DNA from: the human T2T-CHM13v2.0 reference genome, Homo sapiens
Assembly: GCF_009914755.1 (NCBI RefSeq)
Contig: NC_060947.1
DNA length: 64,000 bases
Direction: 5' to 3' (one strand)
Positions 1 to 13,684 of the stretch are shown one piece after another. A program made the translations under genes and the position numbers. Numbering within the stretch: position 1 is the stretch's first letter; every line of letters begins with the position of its first letter. The notes under the pieces were generated by a model. That model worked only from the letters and a program-made list of their open reading frames with translations. It was not told where the DNA came from and did no database searches.

Positions 1-789
1 TGTCCAATAGCTGCCTTCATCTGTCAGAGTAAGCGATGAAATGTGTAAAATATCATTTGTGTCTTTTATCATCAAGAAGCAGGACTACTGTCATCTTCAT
101 GTTTCTTATAACTGCTATTTCTGGTAATTCTAAAGCTATTAAATGCTATGAAATGTAAACTAGCTCTAATGTACTCAAGGAGCAGCCAATTTACACAACA
201 GCTGGGGGAAAAAAATCAAAGCCATTCCATTGGACCAGCTGAATTGTGAGAGAGGTATTTCATACCCTCCAGCTGACACAGCATGTAGATCAAACTGGCA
301 GCTGTATTTTAGGGAAAATATGTCACAACAGACAAATGTAAGAAAAGGACAAATCCACAAAAAGGATCTTTTGCAAATGAATCACTACAGTAGGAAGACT
401 GCAGAATGAGTAATAAAGAGGCATCTTCCCCTCAATATTTAGAAAGCCCCTCATACTCACTGCAACCGCTACAAGATAAAGTAAATTTTTAAGTTTCTGT
501 CTTACAGAAACAGAAATTATGAGCCAGAATTTCCTCAGTACATTCACCATTGGTCTCTTTGTGCTGTTCTTAGCTATAAAATTGTCAATAATGAAATCCA
601 TCTAAAAGCCACAAAGATAAAAGACAAGAGAAACAGGAACCCAGGTATATAGTTTTGGCACATAACCAGTCAGGGCATACTACAACTTCACATTTAGAAC
701 TGTGCTAAATATAAACCTGTTGTCAAAATGACCTTGGCATATTTACCGAGTGATGTGTTATATTGAGCTTATCATGTGGCAACATTGTT

Positions 790-925
790 ATATGTGAACC
801 AGGTACCATTATTGGTTCCGTTTGGACTGATGAGGAAATGGTGACAGAGTGCTTAAGTAGCTTTCCCAAGGTCAAACAGTAAGCTGCAAAGCTGGGACTT
901 GAACCCAGATCATTGAGATTCTAAA
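790..925 (-). mobile_element. MIR SINE fragment
   Basis: Decayed antisense MIR core: tgaggaaatggtgacagagtgcttaagtagctttcccaaggtcaaacag...gctgggacttgaacccag. Confidence 0.75.
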
Positions 926-1264
926 GATAGGATACTTTGCCTCATTTTACTCTTCCTGGTGGTCACCTGGTTTTACCTGAACCATCCTGTGATGAAGAGA
1001 TTGCTGCAGTTCCCAGTCCCTGAGGCAGAGTGTTCAAGTTTTGAGCAACTCAGAATGTCATCCTGTCTCCTCCACTCATTTCTGTTGGCAAAAAATCTTG
1101 GAACCATATATATATAGCCATATATATTCAAATAATTATTTATTTGGATGACAGTTATTCACATGTTTGGAGGTGGCTATCAACCTGATTTCATTCTTAA
1201 TTTTCTCTTTTCTTTACTGAAACCTCCAGTTGTTTCTTATATGGCAGGTACTGAGTCCCTTTGA

Positions 1265-1571
<307 letters not shown>

Positions 1572-1580
1572 TGACTTTCT

Positions 1581-1745
1581 AGTTATGGGGAATGTTACAT
1601 ATTCTCCATGTGTCAGTCTCTCCAACTCTAAAATGGAGACTATAATATCTCCTATCACTTAGCTTTGTTGAGAAAATGTAATACTGAATTAATACATGTA
1701 AAATTCGTACTACCTGACACATAGAAAGTGCTCAATAAATGTTTG
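1581..1745 (+). mobile_element. MIR fragment adjacent to the Alu
   Basis: ctaaaatggagactataata...cctgacacatagaaagtgctcaataaatg, typical MIR 3' end. Confidence 0.7.
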
Positions 1746-2473
1746 TTTTTAGTAATATTATTGCTGTTATTATTACCTGTAGGGCTATTGTGATTAAAAT
1801 GTGATCACAGTGGTAAAATCTGTATCAGAAAGTGTGGTGCAATTTAATTACTTAGTATATGTAAATTTCCTTACCTTTTGGATCACAAAGCATCTAATGT
1901 ATGGGTAGACTTCACAACTCCTTTCAGCCCTGTAGGAGTTTATTTTCTTGGTTTTCACATTTTATAGTTTGCAGCTACAATAGACTAGTTCGATTTCTTA
2001 GCTCTGTATTAGTAATAGATTCTTGTTATGTATATTTCTTTCTTAGACAAACATGACCTCTGACTTTAGAATGAATGACGTCTCATTCTATTGTACATCA
2101 ACTGCAGAAAAAAATCAACAATCTGCTGTAGTGTCTTGATAAATGTGTCTTTCCATGGGGCCAGTCTTCCTGATTCTGGAATGTTTGAAGAATGTTCTTG
2201 AAGACAGTGGTGGACATTCTCCACACCCATCAGTGGGCCAGCAGCAAGGCCTTAGAAATGAATGTCTGTCACAGTACAGATGCTCTGGTTTTTCATTAGA
2301 CTCCACAGCTGTAGCATTTCATGGAGTGTTTTCTCAGGAAAAACATAATGGTGTGAACTTCCACACTGAAGAGCAAACACATTTCCCTGAGAATTTTTAT
2401 GATATAATTTTCTAGGCTACTTTTTCTTTTGCTTTTTCTCTATCAGTTTGGCTAACCGAATGATAACTGAAAC

Positions 2474-2503
2474 TATGTGTATATATATGTATATATATAC
2501 GCA

Positions 2504-2542
<39 letters not shown>

Positions 2543-2591
2543 GCGTTTTTTAACATATATAGCACTCTGAGAGCACACACACACACACACG
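2474..2591. repeat. (TA)n microsatellite followed by short (CA)n
   Basis: Direct reading: interrupted (TA)n 2474-2539 and (CA)n 2574-2591. Confidence 0.95.
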
Positions 2592-3566
2592 TACAGATAC
2601 AATTAGTGGGAAAAAGCCACAACAAAAAAAGAAAACACAGGGCATCTGCTTTGTCTACTCAATAACTCCTGTGGCATATGTACATGGTAAGAAGACGAGA
2701 AATCCAAGTGTTGAGCCAGTGATGTGTTAGTACCAGGTGCAAGAAGGCCTTACATCGTGGGGAACCACTAAGCATGTAATTGCATTATAAATGGTCTTCA
2801 TACAAATGGGTCATGGAAAATATTAGCATTTTTGTATGCCAGGAGAGGGGAGACTTATATCATTCTTCACATTCTGAGAATAAAAATAATCTCTATTTCA
2901 CTCCTTTCTGTACCAAAATGAAACATTTACTCTAATCACTATTTCATGATCATAAAGCTATTTATAAAGAATAAGAAAAATGTGTTTTAAAATGTTGATT
3001 ACATTGAGAGCATTTTACCAATGTTAATTAATATTGATTTTAAGTTCCCAAAGTACATATGACTAAAATCCTTTAATATCTTAACATAATCAATTATTTT
3101 TCACAACTATGTAAAAATTATTCAATCCTGGAATTCAATCTAATCCTCCAAAGTACAAGTACTTTCAACTACCACCTTCAATGTTTTTGGACCACATATA
3201 TTTTTCCCACTCTGTAAAACCTAGCTACATGATTGCAAAATAATGGATTAAATAAAAATGGTTAATAGAATTTGACCCTTGTAGATAGGTTGTCTCATTC
3301 CTTGGATGTTTGGGATGTTAGCACTCAGTTTTACCTCTAATATAAAGTGCTTTAAATGTACTGTCTTTCATACACTGAACATAACATGGGAACTGTTCTG
3401 TGAAATTTATTTCATGGCCTTTTTTCTCCTTTTCCTATTAAGCATTCATAACTCATTTACTGGTACATTGTAGATTCCTGCTGGCTTGGTCATCAACACA
3501 CCAATTCCCCCTCCAGCAATCACAGATGATCTCAGAGGCCTCAGTTGAAAACAAAGTGTGGTTTGA

Positions 3567-3887
<321 letters not shown>

Positions 3888-3904
3888 TCAATGGTGCTAT
3901 ATTC

Positions 3905-4438
3905 TAAGGGTATCCAGGACTGTTTTAAAAAATATGATAAGATACACAGACATGGAATTGACTGTTTTGAAGATCTCTAGAAACAAGAGGCACAGCACCA
4001 CCATTCAGGGCCACATGTGGAAGCACCAGGGTCATTTAGGAGGCAGAGAGAGCAAGGGGAAAATGTGAACAAGAGCTTCTATTGGGTTTCTTCAGGAAGG
4101 AATGGATGGGACAGCATAAGCAGAGTTAGGATTTAATAGTTTGAATAATTTCAGCAGGCTCTGTGGTACAGAGGCCGTCCATAGTTGTCTGGCACTTGGC
4201 CCTGGGGTGTTCAGGGGAAGTGGATAGTGGCCTGGCATGTAAGAGCCTATAAAGGAGGTGGTTGGGACTATGGGCTTTGGATTGATTGGTTTGTGTATGA
4301 AAGGTACGCTCCTAGCGTAGTTGTTTGCTATGTCTAGAAGTTTTCTAATCCTGGGTGGGGGGAGATCCCTCTGTGGTCAACAAGGCCCTACGATGTGAAA
4401 GCATAAGCATATAGAAAATAAAAGTCATTGCAAATACA
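3905..4438 (-). mobile_element. ERVL solo LTR, MER74/MER73-like
   Basis: Minus strand begins tgtatttgcaatgacttttattttctatatgcttatgctttcacatcgtagggccttgttgacc, resembling the recalled MER74 5' end. Confidence 0.65.
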
Positions 4439-4725
4439 TCTCATGCCCATGGTGAGAGAGATACTGCAACGGTAGGACTGGTTCGTGAGCTCCTCAAGGG
4501 AGAAATTGCCTTACCTGTCATTACATGTCCAGCCAGAGCACAGAACCTGCTCCATGGGAAGTGATTACAAAGATTTGATGTGTTCTGGGGCCTAGAATTT
4601 ACTACCGGTAAGTTTGGCTTGCCTCTTGAAATGTATTAAATATACTTAGAAGGAAAACAAAAGACCAAATTAGAACCCTTGTTTGTTCATCTAATAATAA
4701 CACTAATCTGTAACACTTTTTCTTT

Positions 4726-5039
4726 CTTTCTTTTTTTTTTTTTTTTTTTTTTTTTGAGACACAGTTTCGCTCTTGTTGCCCAGGCTGGAGTGCAATGGCA
4801 CGATTTCGGCTCACCACAGCCTCCGTCTCCCAAGTTCAAGCAATTCTCTTGCCTCAGCCTTCCCGAGTAGCTGGGATTACAGGCATGTGCCACCATGCCT
4901 GGCTAATTTTTGTATATTTAGTAGAGATGGGGTTTCTCCATGTTGGTCAGGTCTGTCTTGAACTCCCAACCTCAGGTGATCTGCTCATCTCGGCCTCCCG
5001 AAGTGCTGGGATTACAGGTGTGAGCCACCGCACTCGGCC
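4726..5039 (-). mobile_element. AluSp, full length
   Basis: Sp-type positions (gctcaccac, ttctccatgttggtcagg); TSD aacactttttcttt at 4712-4725 and 5040-5053. Confidence 0.93.
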
Positions 5040-6549
5040 AACACTTTTTCTTTAGTGTACCTCAGATTCACTAATTCCCTACATATACTTCCAAATAATT
5101 GACAGATGTGAATTTCAAATGGCACATAGTACTCCGTGTCTGAGCTCTTTGATGAGCCCTATCTACCTCCCCTGTCCTGCGTCACTTAATAAATCCACGG
5201 GCTTTTCCTTTCTAACATTTGTATGTGTCTGTTTGTGCTCACTGCCATGGTGCTTAGGAGATCAAACATATCTGTTAGTACAATAGCAACCGAATATTGA
5301 AAAACTGGGGGTATATAGCCCACAGAGTATATCAGAGTGAATAACTAAAACCAAGCTAAATTGTTACTGCCAAAATAAGTGGAAGCAACAGACTTCTCTT
5401 TAAGGATGAGAAAATTCAAGTTGTTCTCATTATTTAAAGATATTTTGGGAGTCGTAAAATCAAAAGATTTTATTAAGCATTTTTCTTAAGTTTACAGAAA
5501 TTATATATCCTTAAAGGAAACGGAATACATGCAATTTGAGTTTATTTCATATTACTTTATCAAGTTATGCATTTATAAATGCTGGCTCACATTTTGTAAA
5601 GCCCTTAGCAATTTTTTTAGTAATATGTTTTATATTTTTTAAAAAGGAAAACTATTTTAGTGGAAGGGAATGCCAATATTAGGACCTTAATAATTATTAA
5701 ATATACCTCCTTTATGTGTTAAGGTTCAAGCAACCCTTGTCTTTTTCAAGAAGGTAACTAAAGTTTGAGGTTTGCTTTAGTAGGGTTTTTTGGGTTTTGT
5801 TTTCTGATTACAGTGTCTTAAGTTCAGCTAGCTGGCATGAAAGTATATATTCTATATCAAATTTATTGACAAAGTAACTATTGAAATGAGTGCTGCCCTC
5901 CCCCGTTTGTAACCTCCATTAGCTTGAGGAAGATTTGTGAATCTACATTTTAGAATTGGTAAAATCTACGTGGCATGGTCAAAAACCTTGAAACGAAATC
6001 AGTAGACCAGTCCATATAGCCCCTCTCTGTCCTAACGTACTGTGTGGTCTGTGACTGATCATTGAATCTCTGAATGGAAGTGGTCTGGACTCAATTATTT
6101 CTAAATCTCCTTCTTTTTCAAAAAAAAAGATTATATGCAGAAACATTAACATAGGTATAAGATGAGATGAGGGCATACATGGACTGAGGATTTAAATTGA
6201 CATCTACTGAGATTAGAATCCATTGATTCCAGGAGTTCTCACCCCATGAGTCAATATCACCTTAGGGTTAAATGATCCTTCAGATTATTCCTTAACTCAG
6301 AGCATTATTCTTAATTGCTACACAAACACCTGGGAAACATGGTTACTGTATAAACATATACTAAGCGGGGAATGAAGCTAGTATTTTGAATAATAGATTT
6401 AACACATGAACAATTTTAGGCAGTTGCAAAAATGGTTTTGAAAATGAACTCTACATACATGGTAATGCAGTGGGAAGAAAATATTCCACCAATTTGAATT
6501 TGAAAATGGTGAAGTAAAAGTAGAATGAAAGCAGTTAACATTACTCTTC

Positions 6550-6930
6550 CATATTAAACCTTTCAAAGAGTCACCAAAGGCTTTAAATCTTGCTTAACTT
6601 TTCAATATATGGCCCCTGCTACTTACCTAATTTCTTGCCACACTTTCCCTGTGCTTCCTCTGTTCCCACCAATATGCTAAGCACATCATCATGGGGGTCT
6701 TCTCTAGAATATTGGATTAGTTTATGTCTCCCTATTACACTCTTCTTTAGTGGTATTCTGTATTTCATAACAGTCATCTTAATTTCAGAGAAATGTTTAA
6801 TGTCAATCTTCTTTGCTAAAATATAAGCTCAAATACTCATGATTGTTGCCTGGCTTTTTGAAGGGATATGGTCCCATGGCTTAGCACAGCATCTGCTACA
6901 TGATTGCTCAAGTTATGTGCTGAAATAAGT
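6550..6930 (+). mobile_element. L2 LINE 3' fragment
   Basis: atatggcccctgctacttacc...ataagctc...ggcttagcacagcatctgctacatgattgctcaag resembles a decayed L2 3' end. Confidence 0.5.
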
Positions 6931-7092
6931 ATATTAATGTTTATTTTTCAATTTTATCTAGGTACGCAGAGCATGCAAACAGTACTTGATGATTTGTGAC
7001 TTAAAGCTTAAGAAGGAAAAAACTTAAATCCTTATCAACTCCTTAGTCCCCCGAAATGGGGGATTGTAAACCTAGAGAAAAACAGGATTGGG

Positions 7093-7101
7093 GTGTGTTT
7101 G

Positions 7102-7140
<39 letters not shown>
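7093..7140. repeat. (TG)n microsatellite
   Basis: Direct reading. Confidence 0.95.
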
Positions 7141-7141
<1 letters not shown>

Positions 7142-7863
7142 GCAGGATGGGGAGGGAGGAGAAATAAGTAGAGAACACCCAAGATCCCTATGACATTGAC
7201 AAATGACTGACACAGAGAAAGTATAATCATATGTTATTTTTGAAGGCATGTAAACTAAACTTGGTGAATTATACAAACAAACGCATAAAAGGTCAATTTA
7301 CTAATAGATGAAGAAAACAATCTCCTCATTTAATTTATGTTTTATTTGCTATTTGCCTTATATATTCTGTCTCTTGAAATATTGATGTGCTTCATGTACA
7401 GGCACTATTTCTGATGTGATGTCAAATAAAGAGTTTTTTTCTTCAACTTTGTGCAAAATGGTTTTATCTCTGGAATGTTTCTTCTACCAGAATCCTGATT
7501 GGTCACAGTTACTTAATGGCAGCTGCTGTCTGCAGGAAATGTCAAGGAGAATAGAAAATGGGGGCCAGTGATGTTGGAGAATAGGGAGCATGATAGTGTG
7601 AGAAGGAGAGAAAGAATTGACTCTTTCCAATTTACTCAAACCCCTAGCAAGCGTTCTCAGTACAGGCTGAATTGAAGATATGGTCAAAGACAGCTGTCTG
7701 TGGATGTTCACTGCACATTACCCTCTCCATGCTTAATCATTATGAGTCACCTATTTGTATTGCTCAAGCTCAGTACTCAGACTCAGAGTGTGTCTGCTTG
7801 GTGCCGAATCACTCTGCACAAAGAGAAAAATCCATTTCATCATATCAGTTTCTTTTTCTATCT

Positions 7864-8050
7864 CAGTGATTCCCCAGAGCTTCTCCAGAACCAGGTATAT
7901 CAGAAACACAGTAGATAATTATTAAAAACATAGAATTTGAACTTTGTTACAAACTTTATGAATCAGAATAACCATGTATGTGGTCTAGGAAAATGCATTT
8001 TATTAATCTCCCTAGGCAATTCTGGTAAGCAATGGGGCAAAGAACTCTTG
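7864..8050. mobile_element. MER5-type hAT-Charlie MITE
   Basis: atcagaa...tgaatcagaat...tggtctaggaaaatgcatttt...ctccctaggcaattctg matches MER5 internal motifs. Confidence 0.55.
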
Positions 8051-8199
8051 TAAACATAAAACTAAATTAGCAATATGATTTTCTAATAATTTTAGACCAT
8101 TTATTGTTTTCAAGCCATGCCTGAAAGTTAGAAACCCAATTTTCTAGAAGTTTATAAGCTCAGAGATTGTCATCCTAGAAAAGCAATGAAGTTAAATGG

Positions 8200-8430
8200 A
8201 AAGAAAACAGGACCAGGTTTTGGAGAACCTGGGTTCAAGTCAGGTTTTGCTTCGTTACTAACTTTTGGCCAGAATTGACTATGGAAGTATCAATATTTGC
8301 ATTATCACCCACAAATATGGTGATTTCATACGGTTCAGCCAAATGCCTTAACTCTCTGAGCATTGTTTTCTGTATTTTAAATGAGATAAGAATATTATCA
8401 GAAGGCTATTTTTAGGATTAAGTGAGCTTT
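8200..8430 (+). mobile_element. MIR fragment
   Basis: gaacctgggttcaagtc...ccttaactctctgagc...taaatgagataagaat...taggattaagtgag. Confidence 0.6.
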
Positions 8431-9244
8431 TACAGTTGATTCCACTCTAAAGTTATAATGTGAGCTGATCTATCATCTCCATTGGAGACCACACTACTAT
8501 TAAAGGCTGATCTTTGTGTTTTGGCATTGTACACCACTGAAATATGGCCTGCAGTAATTTTCATTGTACATACACATAAAATCTACTCCACAATTTAGGA
8601 AACTGAATGATGACTGTAAGTCCATGCCATCCTATGAGACTTCTCCAAAAGACTCATGAAAAACTATGGGTTCTTGTCTGCTTCTGCTAGAACAGTCTCT
8701 TGGATTTGTTCCCTTTCCATGCATCCTCATGCTATTCCTTCAACCCTGGTTACCTCCATTTTCTTGATTCATCAGGACATAGAGCAGCTGCTTTATTATG
8801 TTGCTCTCCCTAATTGTCTGAGGCATCCAGGGAAGAATTGCTCAATTCCGAAAAACCTTTCCAATATTAGCATGCTGGCCCTACTCCAGGACCTTGGGAT
8901 GGAGATTCCAACTAGCTACTTAAACTATCAAAATTAATACCCAGAAATCCTTAGTAAATGATTCTGGTGAGATGATTTGTGGGTAAGTACTGTGAATGGG
9001 AATTGGTGATTTGGGAGAGCAAAAATTAGTTCACCAAGAACAAACCGAAGTAAGTACCTATCAATTGGATTTTCTTTTTCTGGGTAACTTTGACTTGTGA
9101 TTGAAGACATTTAATAATGTCTCTCATATGTCCTTCTGAAAAAGTTGGGAAAATATGTGTTTGTGATTGAACAATTAGGTGGAATCATAGCCACCTGAAA
9201 ACTGTGCTGAGTTTTGTTCAGAGAGATCCTATGTGGTGTCTTCA

Positions 9245-9443
9245 CAGTGATGTGCTGGAGCTCTACTAGCTCTTGAGAGCTTATTGTGTACACCTCTTCC
9301 CAATGCCTCCTTTAGTAATATCACATTGGTAGCTTGAAATTGACTGCGGTGAGATTACGTACATCAAGAAAATTGGCCAACACTACAAATCTGGGCTTGT
9401 CCTCTAGCAAATCAATGGTTAAACATTTTTCTGTACACCATTG
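9245..9443 (+). mobile_element. MER63A hAT-Blackjack MITE
   Basis: Termini cagtgatgtgctgg ... tgtacaccattg form degenerate TIRs; internal cattggtagcttgaaat and ctacaaatctgggctt match MER63. Confidence 0.8.
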
Positions 9444-9619
9444 GGTCTATGTTTTTTCCTTCAATTTTGAATTCAGTTACTAAAAACATACTGTATTTAT
9501 TAGTCAATATCATAGAGTTGGAGCAGAAAAGGATGCCACATACTCTACGGTGAGGAAATTCCTAGTCCAATATGAGAGACAGACATACAACCTGAAAAAC
9601 CCTAGATATTCTACTCCCT

Positions 9620-9900
9620 TTATTTCTTCTGTGCTCTCATTTATCACCAGTTTCTCTACTCATACATTGTGGTCTTAGCCACAGGCTTTTTGCTATTCCT
9701 TAAAAATCACAGGCTCATTCCTGCCTCAAGCTTTTGCATTTGCTATTCCTTCTACCAGGAATGCCCCTCTTCCAGATCTTTGTATCCCTGGCTCTGCCTC
9801 AGTTCAAGTACCATACCTTCAGAAAAACTTTCCCCTACTTACCTCCAATCTAAAGTAACCATCTCACTCTGATCCTCACTCTATGATCACAAAGCCTGGT
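9620..9900 (+). mobile_element. L2a fragment (5' part, interrupted by L1MC)
   Basis: caggctcattcctgcctcaagcttttgcatttgctattccttctaccaggaatgcc, classic L2 3' region. Confidence 0.75.
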
Positions 9901-11350
9901 TTTTTAAATTTAAATAAACTTTTAATTTTAGAATTGCTTTAGATTTACAGTAAAGTTGCAAAGACATTTCAAAGAGCTCCTATATATCACATCAAGTTAC
10001 CTCTATTTTAACATCTTACATTACTATATTTCATATGATAGAAAACCAAATATTAGTATATTACTATTAACTAAACTCCACATTGTATTTGGATTTCACT
10101 AGTTTATATCTAATTTTAAAAAATGTTCCAAGATCACAATCAGGATACCACATTATGTTTAATCACCATGTTTCTTTAGCCTCCTCTGGACTCTGACAGT
10201 TTCTTATATATTTCTTATTTTCGATGGACTTGCCAGTTCTAAGAATGACTGGTGAAGTAGTTTGTCAAATGTCCCTCAATTTAGGTTTGTCTGAAGTTTT
10301 TCTCATGGTTAAACTGAGGTTATGGAGTTTTGGGAGGAAGACTAGAGATGGGAAGCGCCATACTTATTACATCGTATCAACGGTACATGTTATCCACATG
10401 ATAGCATCACCGATGAAGCTAACCTGGGTCACTGGGATGGAGCTAGTGCTTGTTAGGATTTTCCACTGTAAAGTTACTCCCCTGCCTCCCGTTATAGTTC
10501 CCTCCGGAAGAAAGTCATTAAGTGCAGTCCACACTCAAGGGGTGGAGTGTTAAGCTCCAATTCCATGAGATGTGAGTATATAAATTGTTTTTCTGTACCA
10601 CAGATTTCTCCCCTCTCTCTCATATATTTACTTATTTGATCTTTTATTTATTTTCATATGGATTCATATATATATATGTATAATATTTTGTATTATGATC
10701 CATTACAATGTTTTTCTTGTTGTTGCTGTTGTTTTTGTTGCTCAATTTGCTCTAGCTTTGCCCACTGGGAACATTTTCAGGTTGGCTCCTGTGTTTCTTT
10801 GACATGACTTCATCTTTTTTGTTGGAACACTGCATTACTTTCTGGTACTATTAGATGTTCCAGGCTCATCTTGTATATTCTCTGCCCCAGCCATTTCTCC
10901 AGGAAGCCCTGATTCCTGTGATTGGAGGATGGTATCACAAATTAAGACCTGAGTGCTTGATTATTGCAACAGAGGTATACTTGCTTATAAGCCCTCTCAG
11001 TGAACAGAGCTAAGAAAGATATGTATGCTTAATAAACCATGCATACACACCTGTCTAAAATTATTTCTGTATGTATCCAACTATGTTAAATTAAGATAAA
11101 AATGAGTTTATACTGGTCTCCAATCCTAATTCAGTATCAAAGGGTTTATTTACCCCCTCGTTTATCTGTAACATTCTACTCAACAGTTAGAAACCTGATT
11201 AACACCTGCTATCCATTTACTTTTTTGTTCAATCCAAGTATATCTGTGTGCCAAATTCAGAATCGATAACCTATATTCTAATGAGAAATGACTTTATCAA
11301 AACTAGGTTACCGTGTTTATATTCATTTCCTCTTGTCTTTAGTCTTACAG
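9901..11350 (-). mobile_element. L1MC4-like 3' end
   Basis: tttaattttagaattgctttagatttacagtaaagttgcaaaga...tattaactaaactcca...ggtatcacaaattaagacctgagtgct matches the L1MC4/5 3'UTR. Confidence 0.8.
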
Positions 11351-11379
11351 CTACAAGTCCAAAGATTATTTTCCACAGA

Positions 11380-11610
11380 CACAACCCAATCGTAATGCTC
11401 ATCATCTGAAATATCACACTTATTTGTATATTGTTTTTATTTCCAAATAGAAAAAAAATCCAGAAGACCAGAAAAACCCGATATGTCTCTCTTGCTAAAT
11501 ATTTTAACCCCAGCCTCAAAGACAGTGTCAGCACATCAATACAATGCCAGTTAAATATTAAATAAAATATTAAACAGTTAATATTTGTTGTATGAAGGGA
11601 TGAATGGACT
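11380..11610 (+). mobile_element. L2a 3' terminus (continuation)
   Basis: ccccagcctcaaagacagtgtcagcacat...atatttgttgtatgaagggatgaatg, an L2 tail. Confidence 0.6.
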
Positions 11611-12856
11611 CAGACAACGTATTTTGAATCACTTGATTCTCTTCACTTGGTCAGGCATAATTAGGTACTAAGTCATGAACACATTCCTTCAAATCATGGA
11701 TGAAAATGTTGATAAATAAAATGTTGATGAAATAATTTGAACTGAAAAATAAAATTGTCAACAGATACAGATACTCATAAAAAATGATGTGTTTCTTCCT
11801 TTTCTGTAGGAAAGTAATCAAATGAAGGTAATGCTAACATTTAAATGACTGGAACCATGGGGCAAGACCCTGGGGCCTTGGTCACCCAATCCTTTACGAA
11901 TTGCCTTCTATTTAAATAAGTTATGGAAGGAAACTTTGCTCTTCAGGTAGGTTTGTCCTGATCCCACTCAACTCTCCTCAGAGAAGATGATTATCCCTCT
12001 ATTCCAGATGAATTCATACTACAGTTTCACCAAAATATGTTAAATCTATACCCCTAAATTGCTACTCCTAAGACCTATGACTCTAAACTAATATTGAATG
12101 CTTAATAGCTATATTTTAGACAATTACTAGAAAAAATCATCTCATGCTCTCCATCATTCAGTATTTTTACCAGTGCAATTGATTTAAAAAAATAATATTT
12201 CAGAAGAGTTGTTTGAATGAGATGTGTTGCATATACTTTTCCAGACATTAAAAAATGAATCCTTAGATTGTCATAACAGAAGATCTGGTACTTAGATCAT
12301 ATTATATTGCCTCCTTCCCTGATATTCATACATACAGAAATGCTTTTACTGTCAGCCTTATTGAAGAATAGTCTGAGAAACAATCTTGATAAACTGTGTG
12401 GTGCCATGGCAAGAATAAACAAATCTAAGAAATTAAATAGAGTCTAAAATGGTTTGTTTGATGAAAGTGTCATTTCAAATTTGGTGATCAGGGTAAGGGC
12501 AAAAATAAAGGGATATTTTCTCATCTTTTAATTTATATGCTTTCCTGTTGTTTTCTTATTTTTAGTAAAAATGTATTACTTATTTAATTTAAACTGTGAG
12601 AAAGTAAAAGAATAACAGGAAAAATAACTCTTCCGGATCTTGCCTGTGTAGTAATTTAAAAGATGTTGTTCATTTACAACACATCATAACCTCTTCTTTT
12701 GACCCTGCCCAGAATGAAAAATAATTCTATTTCACTTTTTATTTTAGGAATAAGTATACCCCTGAGCAACTGTTTTGTTGAATTTTATGAACTCTGTGAA
12801 TTATGTAATTGTCTATATGTCTCATTGTATTTTGGATATTAGAAAAATTAGAGCTA

Positions 12857-13167
12857 GGCCAGGCATGGTGGTTCACACCTGTAATCCCAGTATTTGGGGA
12901 TGCTGAGGCGGGAGGACCACTTGAGGTCAGGAGTTCAAGACCAGCCTGGCCTACACGGTGAAACCCCATCTCTACTAAAAATACAAAAAATTAGCCAGGC
13001 GTCATGGTGGGAGCCTGTAATCCCACCTACTTGGGAGGCTGAGGCAGGAGAATCACTGGAACCTGGGAGGCAGAGGCTCTAGTGAGCTGAGATCATGCCA
13101 CTGTACTCCAGGCTGGGCGACAGAGCAAGACTCCATAAAAAAAAAAAAAGAAGAAGAAGAAAGAAAC
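12857..13167 (+). mobile_element. AluSx-like, full length
   Basis: ggccaggcatggtgg... dimer with A-rich tail; degenerate TSD aaaaattaga(g/a)(c/t)ta. Confidence 0.95.
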
Positions 13168-13684
13168 AAAAATTAGAATTAGAGCCAAATTTGTCACATT
13201 TTAAATTTATGCTCTCTTTCCCAAAAGGATATATATTTTTAAACTTACTCAAATCTTTTCTGAAACAACATGGTGTATAAATATATAGTGAAATAAACAG
13301 AAATGATTAAGTGATTAGTTCCATTAGACGATTGTACTCAGATATCCCCTGTCTCTAGTGCAAGAGTGCCAAATTACCTCAAATTCTCATGGCAGGTGGT
13401 CAAGTCACACTTTCCCTTGGACAGGGCTGGACACAAATGGAATAATTATAACTCATTAGCTCCCCATTTCGTAGGTTATATACAAATCACTTCATATTAA
13501 GGAGATATCACACAAAGCATGTCCCTATTACTTGCCATCATATATTGCCTTATGTGAATTGCATTTCAGCATCTCTGATAGAGATTTAAGAATTGCTTTA
13601 GTCCCTGGAGAACAGCATGTTAACCTCGGCAGGAATGTCCACACAAGCCACCTCTCAGGACCACTAGTTTTGGAAATGTCCCAT

